Notes under the pieces: model-generated
Database searches by the model: none
Told to the model about the DNA's origin: nothing
What the model saw: only the letters and a program-made list of their open reading frames with translations
NCBI GenBank assembly: GCA_963827475.1
Contig: CAWHAZ010000005.1
Location: 64,001-128,000, forward strand
Reading direction: 5' to 3'
Length of the DNA stretch: 64,000 nt
DNA from: an uncultured Chloroflexia bacterium
GTDB taxonomy: Bacteria; Chloroflexota; Limnocylindria; QHBO01
Program-made: the position numbers and the translations under genes
Part shown: positions 9,363-19,231 of the stretch, piece by piece
Numbering within the stretch: position 1 is the first letter of the stretch
Layout of the letters: every line of letters begins with the position of its first letter

Positions 9363-11002
9363 CGCTGGAACAGGCGCTTGGCGTAGGAAACCGGCATCGT
9401 CCCGCCGAACAGCAGCGTGTCGTGGAATCGCTTGAGGTCGAACGCCGCGCCCTCGCGCGCCTCGATGTCGCGCCGCAGGGCCTCGATCATGTGGCGCCCG
9501 TACAGGTACGACAGCTGGTACGTGGGGGTGGAGGTGTAGCGCTTGACCTCGGCCACCGCTGCCGGACGCTCGAACCCGGTCTCCTCCACCAGTCGATCGA
9601 CGGCGGCTTCCCAGCCGATGTCACCGCGGTGCAGCCGGACGTCGAGGATGATCCGAGTCGCCCGCCAGATGACATCGGTCAGCTGGACATACCGATGGGT
9701 GGGCGTGTCGTCGAACCCGGCCACCTTCATCATCCGCTCGGTGTAGAAGGCCCACCCCTCGCTGAACTCCGGTGAGGTCGAGAACAGGCGAACCAGGCTG
9801 GGGTTGGTGATGGCGGCCGCCAGCTGGTGGTGATGTCCGGGGTACGCCTCGTGAACCGATGTATTCGAGATCGAGGCGTAGTTGTGCTCCCGCATCATCT
9901 CTGGCGTCTCGGGCGGGGTGACGATGTACGTCCCCTGCGGAACGGGGTCGAAGCGCGCCGGCTCGAAGTAGGCGGCGAACGGCACCAGGTGGCGGATGAA
10001 CGACGGCGTCTCGATCACCACCAGGTTGTCGTCTGGCGGGAGCGTGGCGAGGTCGTGCTCGCGGACGAAGGTTCGGGCGCGGTCCATGGACCGGCGGTAC
10101 TCCTCGAGCGCCTCGGTGAAGGACGGCGGGTAGTCGTTCTTCACCAGGTCGGCCACCTCGGCCGGCGAGCGGCTCGGGTCGATCTCCGCGCAGACCGCGT
10201 TGCGCTGGGCGTGGGCCTCGGTGAGCATCTCCTCGCCGACGGCCAGGATCTCGTCGCCGCTGGCCTCGAGGGCGCGGAGGCGGACCATCTCCTCGAAGCC
10301 CTCCGGCCCGGTCCGCCATTCGGCGTCGGCCCGGGGCATGACGTCATCGCGAAGCCACGCCTGGTGGGCGTCGAGGGCGGTCACCGTCCCCGCGATGGCC
10401 CGCTCCAGGCGAGCGGTGGTGGCTTCCGGGACGCCCTGTTCGCGGGCCGCCTGCAGGATCGTGTCCAGGAACTCGGGGAGTGTCTCGCCGGACTGGAGGT
10501 CGATCTCGGTCCACAGCGGGACCGGCCGCTCGACCCGGTCATGCGTCTCCTCGAGGTAGCGTGGCGCGGCCTCCAGGCGCGCCGTGATGCTTTCGACGCG
10601 CTCCGCGACTGGGGCGAAGTCCCGCGTGAACAGGGGGAACAGGGCCCCGCCGATGGCCTCCGCCGCGTCCGACCGACCCTGCCACGACCGTCGCTCCTCC
10701 AGCTCGAACAGGTTCAGTCGAGCCTCGTGGATCACCAGGTCGCGGTCGAGCGCCCGATTGGCACTGAGCTCGGCAGGGTCGAAGGACTCCATCGCCGCGA
10801 CGGCGGCACGGGTGAAGGCGACGTCAGCCTCCACGCCGTCTCGCCCGCCGGGCGACAGCCGGTGGTCGTGACGGTGGATGCCGAGATAGGTCGCCCATTC
10901 CGGCTGGAGCTCGAGCCGATCGTCGAACCAGCGCTGGATCACCTCGTCGAAGCGGGTGTCCTCGGCAGTGCGCGCCTCCTCTGGCGCGGTGATCGTCGTC
11001 AT
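9359..11002 (-). CDS. DUF885 family protein (putative metallopeptidase)
   Basis: HEAYPGHH.Q, FSEGWAFYTE, PTYQLSYLYG, FHDTLL motifs. Confidence 0.88.
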   Translation of the reverse strand: MTTITAPEEARTAEDTRFDEVIQRWFDDRLELQPEWATYLGIHRHDHRLSPGGRDGVEADVAFTRAAVAAMESFDPAELSANRALDRDLVIHEARLNLFELEERRSWQGRSDAAEAIGGALFPLFTRDFAPVAERVESITARLEAAPRYLEETHDRVERPVPLWTEIDLQSGETLPEFLDTILQAAREQGVPEATTARLERAIAGTVTALDAHQAWLRDDVMPRADAEWRTGPEGFEEMVRLRALEASGDEILAVGEEMLTEAHAQRNAVCAEIDPSRSPAEVADLVKNDYPPSFTEALEEYRRSMDRARTFVREHDLATLPPDDNLVVIETPSFIRHLVPFAAYFEPARFDPVPQGTYIVTPPETPEMMREHNYASISNTSVHEAYPGHHHQLAAAITNPSLVRLFSTSPEFSEGWAFYTERMMKVAGFDDTPTHRYVQLTDVIWRATRIILDVRLHRGDIGWEAAVDRLVEETGFERPAAVAEVKRYTSTPTYQLSYLYGRHMIEALRRDIEAREGAAFDLKRFHDTLLFGGTMPVSYAKRLFQR

Positions 11003-11027
11003 CGGCTCCCTCCCGGGTGGTCGGCGG

Positions 11028-12062
11028 TCAGGTTCCCAGCGATCGGGCGAGGAAGCCTAGCACCCACGTGCGGTACTCATCGGGGCAGACATCTTCGATT
11101 CGGCTGTGATCGGCGCCCGCGCAGGTCTGCACCTCCACCTGGACGCCTGACTCGCGCGCCACCGCCGCCAATCGCTCGGCCGCGTCGGTCTCGAGGAAGC
11201 GGTCTGCCGACCCCTGCAGGATGAGGACCGGCACCGCGCCCAGGTTGTCGATCGTCACCTCCGGATCGGCGGCCGTGACATCGACCCCGGTCCGGAAGAG
11301 GGCTCCGAGCATGACCGCCCACGATGCCGGGAGGGCCAGCGGATAGCCCATCTCCGCGATCTCGAGCTCGGTGGCGCTCGCGACCCCGGCCGGGGTGGAG
11401 TCCAGGATCAACGCCTGGACCGGCAGGCCGGAGGCCACGGCCGAAGTGGCGGCGATGCCACCCATCGACGACCCGAGCACCGCCACCCGGGGCGGGGCGT
11501 AGGTCGCGGCCAGCCACGCCACGATCGCCTCCAGGTCGAGCTGCTCGCGGACACCTCCGGTCGTCTGGGTGCCGAAGCTCTGGCCGTGGTTGCGCAGGTC
11601 GAACAGGACGAGGTTGTAGTCGGCGTGGAGCACCTCGGCCAGCGGAAGCAGCGCGTTCTTGTTGCTGGCGTGGCCATGGACCAGGATCACCGTCGGCCCG
11701 GCCGAGCCGATGGGCGCCGCGGCCGGGATGTACCAGCCCGCGAGGCGCGTGCCGTCGGAGGCGACAAGGTCGGTGCCCGCCGCCTGCCCGACCGCGGTGC
11801 AGTTGTCGGGATCAGGCTCCGCGGCGAGGGTCGCATCCGAGGCCTGGTCATAGTTGATCGCCTGGTAGGCCCATCCATAGGCCGACGGCAGGCGACAGAC
11901 ATGGCTCGACTCGGGGTTCACCAGGCGATCCGATCCCACCCAGGCGGCGTAGGCGAGATAGACCAGCAGGCCGACCAGGATGACGGACAGGATGGTCATG
12001 GCCCAGCCCACGTTCCGAGCGCGACGCTCCTCGCGCGGGTCCAACGGCACCTGGAAGGCCAT
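11028..12062 (-). CDS. Membrane-anchored alpha/beta hydrolase
   Basis: N-terminal TM; VHGH, DLRNHGQS, GSSMGG nucleophile elbow, C-terminal His. Confidence 0.88.
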   Translation of the reverse strand: MAFQVPLDPREERRARNVGWAMTILSVILVGLLVYLAYAAWVGSDRLVNPESSHVCRLPSAYGWAYQAINYDQASDATLAAEPDPDNCTAVGQAAGTDLVASDGTRLAGWYIPAAAPIGSAGPTVILVHGHASNKNALLPLAEVLHADYNLVLFDLRNHGQSFGTQTTGGVREQLDLEAIVAWLAATYAPPRVAVLGSSMGGIAATSAVASGLPVQALILDSTPAGVASATELEIAEMGYPLALPASWAVMLGALFRTGVDVTAADPEVTIDNLGAVPVLILQGSADRFLETDAAERLAAVARESGVQVEVQTCAGADHSRIEDVCPDEYRTWVLGFLARSLGT

Positions 12063-12118
12063 TCCGACGCCGAGTATAGGCGGGCTACAATGCCGGCCGC
12101 CCTAGGAGGAATGACCCA

Positions 12119-12565
12119 GTGACCGGCCGACCCCACTCCCTCGCGCCCGCGCACCTGGGCGATGCCCGGGCCGCTGCGGCCCTGGCCGTCACCGTCCTCG
12201 GGGTCGCCCTGTTCATCGCCGCGATCGGGGTCGTGGTGTTCGGGCTGACCCTGGCCGACTCGTTCGACCCGGCCAATCCGCCGCCCAACGCGGACGCCCT
12301 CGGGACCTGGCAGGTCATCGGCGGGTTCATCCTGTTCGTGGTGGGGCTGGCGCTGGCCGGAGGGGGGCTGGCCCTGCTGACGGGTAGCCTGCGCGCCCGG
12401 GTCCCGACCGCGATCCTGGCCCTGGCCACCGCGCTGGGCGCCGCCGTCGGGGGGATCGCGATCATCGCGCGCGGGCCGTCCGACCTGATCCTGGCCCTGA
12501 CCCTGTTCGGCCTGGCGCTCGGCCTGGTGGCGTCCGGCCTGCTCCTGCTCCGACCCCGACCCTGA
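12119..12565 (+). CDS. Hypothetical membrane protein (4 TM)
   Basis: AGGAGG RBS; four hydrophobic segments. Confidence 0.7.
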   Translation: MTGRPHSLAPAHLGDARAAAALAVTVLGVALFIAAIGVVVFGLTLADSFDPANPPPNADALGTWQVIGGFILFVVGLALAGGGLALLTGSLRARVPTAILALATALGAAVGGIAIIARGPSDLILALTLFGLALGLVASGLLLLRPRP

Positions 12566-12577
12566 GCCGGCGGGCAC

Positions 12578-13097
12578 GTGGCCGCCCTGCCCCGCCGCCT
12601 GCTGCTCGCCTCGCGCCTCCTGTTCGTCCTGTCCGGGGTGCTGGTCGCCGGCGGGCTGGTCTGCATCCTCGGCGGGCTGCTGGCGGCCGAGGCGATCGCC
12701 GACGAGCTGCTGGCGCGGATCCTGGCCGAGCTCGACCCCGATGGGCTCGCCAGCCTGCCCCCCGACTTCCTGACCCAGGCCACCGTCGAACGGGCCGCGG
12801 TGGCGCTGGGAGTCGGGCTGATCCTCTTCGGCGCGGCCCAGCTGGCGACCTCGATCGGTCTCCGTCATGGGCAGCGGTGGTCCTACGCGGCTGCGGTGAT
12901 CGGCGGCCTGTTCGTCGCGTTCACCGTCGGCGCCAGCGCCGTGTTCATGGTTGCCGCCATCCCGGCCCAGCCGCAGGCCGCCATCGTCCTGGGCATCGGG
13001 GCCGTGGCCCTGGGCCTGTTCGCCGTCCTCTACGCGGGGATCGCGGTCATGACCGCCATCGGCCGCCGGGAGCTGGAGGACGCCGATCGCCGCCTGA
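12578..13097 (+). CDS. Hypothetical membrane protein (4 TM); true stop probably near 13095-13097 (one-base shift)
   Basis: Hydrophobic segments; the ORF track reads through a tRNA, and an out-of-frame TGA lies just before the tRNA promoter. Confidence 0.6.
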
Positions 13098-13131
13098 AGG
13101 CGCGATTGGTATACTCCGCCCCCGCCGCCGC

Positions 13132-13208
13132 GGGCCCGTGGTGTAGCGGCCCAACATGCCAGCCTGTCACGCTGGAGATCGCCGGTTCGAATCCGGTCGG
13201 GCCCGCCA
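13132..13208 (+). tRNA. tRNA-Asp(GTC)
   Basis: GGGCCCG acceptor stem, CCAGC-CTGTCAC-GCTGG anticodon arm, GGTTCGAATCC, CCA end; TATACT upstream. Confidence 0.95.
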
Positions 13209-13242
13209 GCATCCACCGATCCCGGCCCTTCGGACGGTCGCG

Positions 13243-14022
13243 TCAGCCGCGGATCAGGTCGTCGACCAGCTCGTCTTCCATCAGGTGCTGCCGGAGCCGG
13301 CTGCGCTCGGCGACGACCCGGACGATCTCCTCGACGTCATCGGTCACGACCGCCAGGTTCAGGTCCTTGGCACTGACCTTGCCCTCGGTCAGCACCGTGG
13401 CCCGCATCCAGTCCAGCAGCCCCGACCAGTAGTCGACGCCGACCAGCACCACCGGGAAGTGCTCGATCTTGCCGGTCTGGATCAGGGTCAGCGCCTCGAA
13501 CAGCTCGTCCATGGTCCCCATCCCGCCGGGGAAGATGACGAACGCCTCCGCGTACTTCACGAACATCGTCTTGCGCACGAAGAAGTAGCGGAACTCGATG
13601 TTCAGGTCGACGTACGGGTTGACGTCCTGCTCGAACGGAAGCTCGATGTTGCAACCGATGGACAGGCCGCCGGCATCCCGGGCGCCGCGATTGGCGGCCT
13701 CCATGATCCCGGGTCCGCCGCCGGTGATGACCGCAAACCCCTCCTGTGCCAGGCGGGCCGCGACCCGGCGCGCGAGCCGGTACTGCGGATCGCTGCGCCG
13801 GACCCGGGCCGAGCCGAAGACGCTGACCGCCGGCCCCACGTTGGCCAGCGCGTCGAAGCCCTCCACGAACTCGCCGAGGATGCGCAGGGCCCGCCAGGTG
13901 TCGGTGCCCTGGAAGTCGGCCGGGACCCGCCGCTGGAGGAGCTTCTGGTCCTCGGTCGGGCGGTTGGCGGGACCCCGGGTGACGACCGGTCCGCTCCGGT
14001 GGGGCAGGTCGCCTTTGGCCAT
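13243..14022 (-). CDS. LOG family nucleotide phosphoribohydrolase (TIGR00730)
   Basis: SVFGSAR, TGGGPGIMEAANRGA, FFVRKTMF, PGGMGTMDELFE. Confidence 0.92.
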   Translation of the reverse strand: MAKGDLPHRSGPVVTRGPANRPTEDQKLLQRRVPADFQGTDTWRALRILGEFVEGFDALANVGPAVSVFGSARVRRSDPQYRLARRVAARLAQEGFAVITGGGPGIMEAANRGARDAGGLSIGCNIELPFEQDVNPYVDLNIEFRYFFVRKTMFVKYAEAFVIFPGGMGTMDELFEALTLIQTGKIEHFPVVLVGVDYWSGLLDWMRATVLTEGKVSAKDLNLAVVTDDVEEIVRVVAERSRLRQHLMEDELVDDLIRG

Positions 14023-14104
14023 TCGTCACCTCGATCCGCACCGATCGTCCTAGCCACGCGGCCGGGCGAACGGGGCATGAACATGGTAGGGTCCCGGCGA
14101 CGTC

Positions 14105-14821
14105 GTGGTCGCGCGGCGCCCTTCAGGCGCCCGATGTGAGCCGGCAGCGGCGAGCCGGATCCCGCCACTGTGCCCGAGGATTCTATTGCCGGACTTTGCC
14201 CGACGTGGTGCCGTCCACGTCATTGTCATCGCGTTGATCGTGGCCGCTCTCGCCCCACAGGCCGTGGCGGCCACTCCCTCGGATACCCATACCGAACGCC
14301 TGCTCGCCGCGGTCGAGGGATCTCCCGCATCCGCGCTCGCGGACCGGGGGACGACCTCCCAGCGAGGCCTCGCGACCTTCACCTCGGCCACGGCTGCGGT
14401 CCCCGCCGGGACCGAGCGGTTCCACCCGGCCGGGGTCGCGCTCCCGCCCAGCGTGCCGATGCAGGCGACGATCCTCACCCCGCGGGTCCAGCCCGTTCCG
14501 CAGCCCGTACCGCAGCCCGGCGGCGGCTCAAGCATCAGCGGGACGGCCAGCTGGTACTGCTGCACGATGAACTGGGGAAGCGCGGCGGTGGTCGCCCTCC
14601 CCGTCGCCCTCGGCGGCCACTACTACCCGCCGCCCGGCGGTGGATGGGTGACGGTCTGCGCCGACCGGTGCGCCCGGTTGCCGATCGGCGACGCCTGCGG
14701 CTGCCACTGGGGCCAGGTCGGGCAGAAGGTGGTCGACCTGTCGCCCGCGGCGTGGTCCGCGATCACCGACAAGGATCGGTACGTCTACGGGGTCGTCTCC
14801 GTCACCCTCTATCTGGAATAG
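14105..14821 (+). CDS. Secreted protein with C-terminal RlpA/expansin-like (DPBB) domain; start uncertain
   Basis: Signal-like segment, Pro-rich linker, GTASWY...DACGC...VVDLSPAAW. Confidence 0.6.
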   Translation: MVARRPSGARCEPAAASRIPPLCPRILLPDFARRGAVHVIVIALIVAALAPQAVAATPSDTHTERLLAAVEGSPASALADRGTTSQRGLATFTSATAAVPAGTERFHPAGVALPPSVPMQATILTPRVQPVPQPVPQPGGGSSISGTASWYCCTMNWGSAAVVALPVALGGHYYPPPGGGWVTVCADRCARLPIGDACGCHWGQVGQKVVDLSPAAWSAITDKDRYVYGVVSVTLYLE

Positions 14822-14831
14822 CATCACCCCC

Positions 14832-15275
14832 GTGCTGCAGCCGTTGGGGGTCGGCCACGTCGTGCTCAAGGTGCGCGACCTGGACCGCTCCCTCGCCTTC
14901 TACCGCGACCTGCTCGGGTTCCGGGTCTCCGGCGAGCTGAGCAACGTCATGGTCTTCCTCACCGCGACCGGTGAGAACCACCACGACCTCGCGCTCGTCC
15001 GGGTCGGGGACCAGGCGCCGTCGCCGGTGCCGATGGCCGTCGGCCTGTACCACGTCGCCATCCGGCTGGCGGACCTGGACGCGGTCAAGGAGGCGCATCG
15101 CCTCCTGACGGAGCGCGGGCTGCTGCGGGGGGCATCCGACCACGGGGTCAGCAAGAGCCTGTACACCGTCGACCCCGACGGCAACGAGATCGAGCTGTAC
15201 TGCGACGCCCCCCGCGACGAGTGGGAGGGCCGCGTTGCCGAGGTCATGACGGTCAAGCCGCTTCGCCTCGATTGA
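14832..15275 (+). CDS. VOC/glyoxalase family protein
   Basis: GHVVLKVRDL..SLAFY, HHDLAL, GLYHVA, SLYTVDPDGNEIELY. Confidence 0.9.
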   Translation: MLQPLGVGHVVLKVRDLDRSLAFYRDLLGFRVSGELSNVMVFLTATGENHHDLALVRVGDQAPSPVPMAVGLYHVAIRLADLDAVKEAHRLLTERGLLRGASDHGVSKSLYTVDPDGNEIELYCDAPRDEWEGRVAEVMTVKPLRLD

Positions 15276-16447
15276 GCCAGACCGATCCCCCGCGGCGTCG
15301 CCGCCGCTGGCCGTGGGTGGCCGCCGCCCTCGCGGTGCTCGTCCTCCTGCTCGCCGCCTGGCCGCCGTCGCGGGTCACGTTCCAGACGATGGCCCTCATC
15401 CCCTCCATCCTGGACATCGGCCCGCAGCCGCTGGCCCTCGCGCCCGAGCCGCGGCACGAGCTGGTCGAGTACCGCGCGCCGGACGGCGAGATGCTGCCGG
15501 CGGACCTGTGGCTGCCGGCCACCGCCTCGGCCGACGCGCCGGTGGGGGCGGTGATCTTCGTGTCGGGCATCAACTCGCAGGGCCGGGCACACCCCGCCAT
15601 CGAACGGGTCTCCCGCGCGATATCCCGGACCGGGGCGGCCGTGTTCGTCCCCGAGCTGCCGATCTTCTTCGACGTCCGGGTCGACGGCACCGAGGTGGGC
15701 CGGATCGTGGCCGCCGTCGAGGAGGTTGCCCGCCGGCCGGAGGTCGACCCCGACCGGATCGGGATCATGGGGGTCTCGGTCGGCGGCAGCCTGGCGCTGA
15801 TCGCGGCCGCCGAGCCGGCCATCGCCGACCGCCTGGCCTGGGTCGGCTCGTTCGGCGCGTATGCCGACGCGACGGAGCTCACGACCGAGGTGCTGACCCA
15901 CCAGTACCGTCTCGACGGGGAGCTCCACGATTGGGCGCCCGCGCTCCTCGTGCGCCAGATCGTGTTCGGACTGCTCACCGACCGGGTGACCGATGGACGC
16001 GACCATGGCTACATCTACGGGGCGTACGACGCCCTGAACAACGAGGGCATCCATCCGCTGCCCGACGCCGACATTCCGCTCGAGACCGATGCCGGCCGGG
16101 CGGTCGAAGCCATCCTCCTGACCGACACGCTGCCCGAGGCGGAGGCCCTGCTGGCCCTCGCGCCGGCGGGGGACCGGGCGGCCCTGGACGCGATCAGCCC
16201 GATTCATCGGGTCGCGGACATCCGGGCCACGGTGTTCCTCATGCATGACACCGGGGACCAGCACATCCCCTACTCGCACGCGCGGGCGCTGCTGGCCGAG
16301 ATGGAGGACGCCGGCGTGGACGTCCGGCTCGGGGAGTTCCGCCTGTTCGACCACGTCCAGCCCGACACCCAGGACCTGGGCGCCGCCGCCCCGGAGCTGT
16401 GGAAGCTGTTCTGGTACGTCCGCGAGATCGCCGGCCGGACGCTCTGA
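15272..16447 (+). CDS. Membrane-anchored alpha/beta hydrolase
   Basis: TM segment, GVSVGG elbow, HDTGD..IP, FDHV; TTGA overlap with upstream stop. Confidence 0.78.
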   Translation: MSQTDPPRRRRRWPWVAAALAVLVLLLAAWPPSRVTFQTMALIPSILDIGPQPLALAPEPRHELVEYRAPDGEMLPADLWLPATASADAPVGAVIFVSGINSQGRAHPAIERVSRAISRTGAAVFVPELPIFFDVRVDGTEVGRIVAAVEEVARRPEVDPDRIGIMGVSVGGSLALIAAAEPAIADRLAWVGSFGAYADATELTTEVLTHQYRLDGELHDWAPALLVRQIVFGLLTDRVTDGRDHGYIYGAYDALNNEGIHPLPDADIPLETDAGRAVEAILLTDTLPEAEALLALAPAGDRAALDAISPIHRVADIRATVFLMHDTGDQHIPYSHARALLAEMEDAGVDVRLGEFRLFDHVQPDTQDLGAAAPELWKLFWYVREIAGRTL

Positions 16448-16457
16448 CCGAATCGGC

Positions 16458-16592
16458 TCAGCGGGCGGTGCCGATCACCGAGACCCCGATGATGAGGATG
16501 AGGGCGACGATCACGATCAGGATCACCGCCGTGCGGTTCGTCCGCCTTGGGAGCGGCTGGTAGGGCCGGCCGGCCCGACGCCTTCGGGTCAT
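16458..16592 (-). CDS. Small membrane protein, 44 aa (MTRRRRAGRPYQPLPRRTNRTAVILIVIVALILIIGVSVIGTAR)
   Basis: Hand-translated; basic N-terminus plus one TM; starts 4 nt after the upstream stop. Confidence 0.6.
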   Translation of the reverse strand: MTRRRRAGRPYQPLPRRTNRTAVILIVIVALILIIGVSVIGTAR

Positions 16593-16596
16593 CAGC

Positions 16597-17052
16597 TCAC
16601 CACTCGCGTCGGAAGAGGAAGGGCGTGGTGAGGGCTTCTCGGGAGCCCACCGAGCGCAGCTGCTTGCGTGTTCGCTTCAGCAATTTCCCGTGGTACGTCC
16701 CGTCCCCGTACGGCTCGTGGAGGCGGGCAACGTCCCACTCGCGCGTGCCTTCGATCGCGGACGGAGGCAGGACGCGGTCGAGGATCGGTCGGGCCTCGTC
16801 GATGGCCACGAAGCGGCGCTCGCGAGCGGAGTTGTCGAGCACGGTCAACAGGTCGCCGAAGCTCACATCGACGTCGAGGACCAGCGTCGTCAGCCGCTCC
16901 ATCGAGCCCGGCATCCGTTCCTGCTTGAACAGGCTGGTGAGGAGCGTCTTGCGGTCCGCGGCGGGCAAGTCGGCGAGCGCCGCGGACAGGGCCGGGATGC
17001 CTGCACTGTCGTCCGCGATCGGGACCAGGTAGTCGTAAAGCCGAACCATCAT
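16597..17052 (-). CDS. Hypothetical protein
   Basis: 151-aa ORF with normal codon usage filling the gap before divergent fabI. Confidence 0.6.
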   Translation of the reverse strand: MMVRLYDYLVPIADDSAGIPALSAALADLPAADRKTLLTSLFKQERMPGSMERLTTLVLDVDVSFGDLLTVLDNSARERRFVAIDEARPILDRVLPPSAIEGTREWDVARLHEPYGDGTYHGKLLKRTRKQLRSVGSREALTTPFLFRREW

Positions 17053-17097
17053 CGGTCACGCAGGGTAGCCGTTCTGACGGCCGGTACAATCCGGCAC

Positions 17098-17907
17098 ATG
17101 CTGCTCGCGGGCAAGAAGGTCCTCGTCACCGGGGTCCTGACCGATGACTCGATCGCGTTCTCGGTCGCCAAGGTCGCCCAGGAGGCGGGCGCCGAGATCG
17201 TCCTGACCAGTTTCGGGCGGGCAATGAGCCTCACCCAGCGGATTGCGCGCCGACTCGATCCGGTGCCGGACGTGCTCGAGATGGACGTCAACGACGACGC
17301 CCAGATCGCGACGGTGGCTGCGGACCTCGAGGCCCGCTGGGGTCGGCTCGACGGCCTGCTCCATGCCATCGGCTTCGCGCCGCAGGACGCCATGGGAGGC
17401 GAGTTTCTGGCGACTCCCTGGGAGAGCGTCGCCACGGCCTTCCAGACCAGCGCGTACTCGCTGAAGGCACTGACCGCGGGCATGCTGCCGCTCCTCAGGG
17501 TGTCGGGTGCGGACGGCGGCGCGTCAGTGGTGACCCTGACCTTCGACGCGCGGTACGCATGGCCGATCTACGACTGGATGGGCGTCTCCAAGGCCGGCCT
17601 GGAGTCCATCACCCGCTACCTCGCCCGCGACCTGGGGCCGGACCAGATCCGGGTCAACACCGTCTCCGCCGGGCCGATCCGCTCCATGGCCGGAAAGAAC
17701 ATCCCGGGGTTTGCTCAGCTGACGGAGGGCTGGGGGAAGCGTGCCCCGCTCGGCTGGGACGTCAAGGACTCCACGGCCGTCGGCCGGATGGTGTGCTTCC
17801 TGCTCAGCGACTGGGCCTCATTGACGACCGGCGAGATGGTCCACGTCGACGGCGGATTCCACGCCCTGGGCATCGGGATGGGCGAGGCGAGCGGGAGCAA
17901 CGACTGA
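17098..17907 (+). CDS. fabI: Enoyl-ACP reductase (FabI/InhA-like)
   Basis: LVTGVLTDDSIAF, LDGLLHAIGFAP, YDWMGVSKAGLE, HVDGG. Confidence 0.93.
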   Translation: MLLAGKKVLVTGVLTDDSIAFSVAKVAQEAGAEIVLTSFGRAMSLTQRIARRLDPVPDVLEMDVNDDAQIATVAADLEARWGRLDGLLHAIGFAPQDAMGGEFLATPWESVATAFQTSAYSLKALTAGMLPLLRVSGADGGASVVTLTFDARYAWPIYDWMGVSKAGLESITRYLARDLGPDQIRVNTVSAGPIRSMAGKNIPGFAQLTEGWGKRAPLGWDVKDSTAVGRMVCFLLSDWASLTTGEMVHVDGGFHALGIGMGEASGSND

Positions 17908-17934
17908 CCGGTCGGCACCAACGGCGTGCCCCGG

Positions 17935-19203
17935 TCAGGGGTAGGCCCGCAGGATGATCGTCGCGTTGTGGCCGCCGAACCCGAACGAGTTCGACATCGC
18001 CGTTCGGACCGTGAGCTCGCGCGCCACGTTCGGGACGTAGTCGAGGTCGCAGTCAGGATCGGGGAACTCGTAGTTGATCGTGGGCGGCACGATCCCGTGG
18101 TTGATGGCCTGGACGCAGACGACCGCTTCCACCACGCCGGCCGCACCGAGCATGTGGCCGGTCATCGACTTGGTCGAGCTGACCGGGATCCGGTACGCGT
18201 CGTCGCCCAGGGCGCGCTTGATGGCAAAGGTCTCGCTGCGGTCGTTGAGCTGGGTGCTCGTGCCATGCGCGTTGATGTAGTCGATGTCCCCCGGGCCGAT
18301 GCCGGCCTTGGCCATCGCGCGGGACATCGAGCGGGCGGCGCCCTTGCCTTCCGGCTCCGGCGCGCTGACGTGGAACGCGTCGGCCGAGTTCCCATAGCCG
18401 ATCACCTCCGCCAGGGGTGTCGCGCCGCGCCCGAGGGCGAAGTCGAGCCGCTCGAGCACGAGCCCGCCGGCTCCCTCGCCGACGACGAAGCCGTCCCGTT
18501 CCTTGTCGAACGGACGTGACGCGTGCTTCGGGTCGTCGTTGCGGGTCGAGAGCGAGCCCGTGCGGTGGAACGCGGCCAGGGCGAGCGGGGTCACCGCCGC
18601 CTCGGTCCCGCCCACGACCATGGCCAGCGCGTCACCACGCTTGATGATCTCCGCCGCTTCGCCCACCGCGTTCGTGCCCGTCGCGCAGGCAGAGATGACG
18701 CAGAAGTTCACGCCGGTCAGCCCGAACTGGATCGCCACCTGGCCCGACGCCATGTCCGGCAGCATGTTGACCGCGGTCAGCGGCGTCACCCGGTCGGGCC
18801 CTTCCTCGCGCATGACCCGCGCGGCGTCGTCGAGGCTGGTCAGCCCGCCGATGCCGGTGCCGATCAGGACCCCGATCTGCTCGGCTTCCTCGTCGTCGGA
18901 CGGCCGCAGGTCGGCCTGGGCCAGGGCCTGGGTGGAGGTGGCCATCGCGAACTGGATCACGCGGTCGGCGCGGCGGGCCTCCTTCGGATCCATCCATTCG
19001 GTGGGATCGAAGTCCACGACCTCGGCCGCGAATCGGGTGCGGAATCCACCGGAGTCGAACCGATCGACATGCCGGGCCACCGACGTGCCGGCGAGGAGGT
19101 TGCGCCACAGGCTTTCCACGTCGTTGCCGAGCGGCGTGATCGCGCCCATGCCGGTCACGACGACGCGAGCGGTGTTCGGTGTGCCGTCCTGCGTGGCTGC
19201 CAT
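17935..19203 (-). CDS. fabF: Beta-ketoacyl-ACP synthase II
   Basis: RVVVTGMG, SACATG, NAHGTST, STKSMTGH, SNSFGFGGHN. Confidence 0.95.
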   Translation of the reverse strand: MAATQDGTPNTARVVVTGMGAITPLGNDVESLWRNLLAGTSVARHVDRFDSGGFRTRFAAEVVDFDPTEWMDPKEARRADRVIQFAMATSTQALAQADLRPSDDEEAEQIGVLIGTGIGGLTSLDDAARVMREEGPDRVTPLTAVNMLPDMASGQVAIQFGLTGVNFCVISACATGTNAVGEAAEIIKRGDALAMVVGGTEAAVTPLALAAFHRTGSLSTRNDDPKHASRPFDKERDGFVVGEGAGGLVLERLDFALGRGATPLAEVIGYGNSADAFHVSAPEPEGKGAARSMSRAMAKAGIGPGDIDYINAHGTSTQLNDRSETFAIKRALGDDAYRIPVSSTKSMTGHMLGAAGVVEAVVCVQAINHGIVPPTINYEFPDPDCDLDYVPNVARELTVRTAMSNSFGFGGHNATIILRAYP

Positions 19204-19231
19204 ACTCGGGCCAGATTATGGGGCGAGACCG

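Noticed and set aside
12578-13432. 284-aa ORF running through tRNA-Asp
   Set aside because: The C-terminal part is the tRNA and antisense LOG sequence; the real stop was probably lost to a one-base error near 13095.
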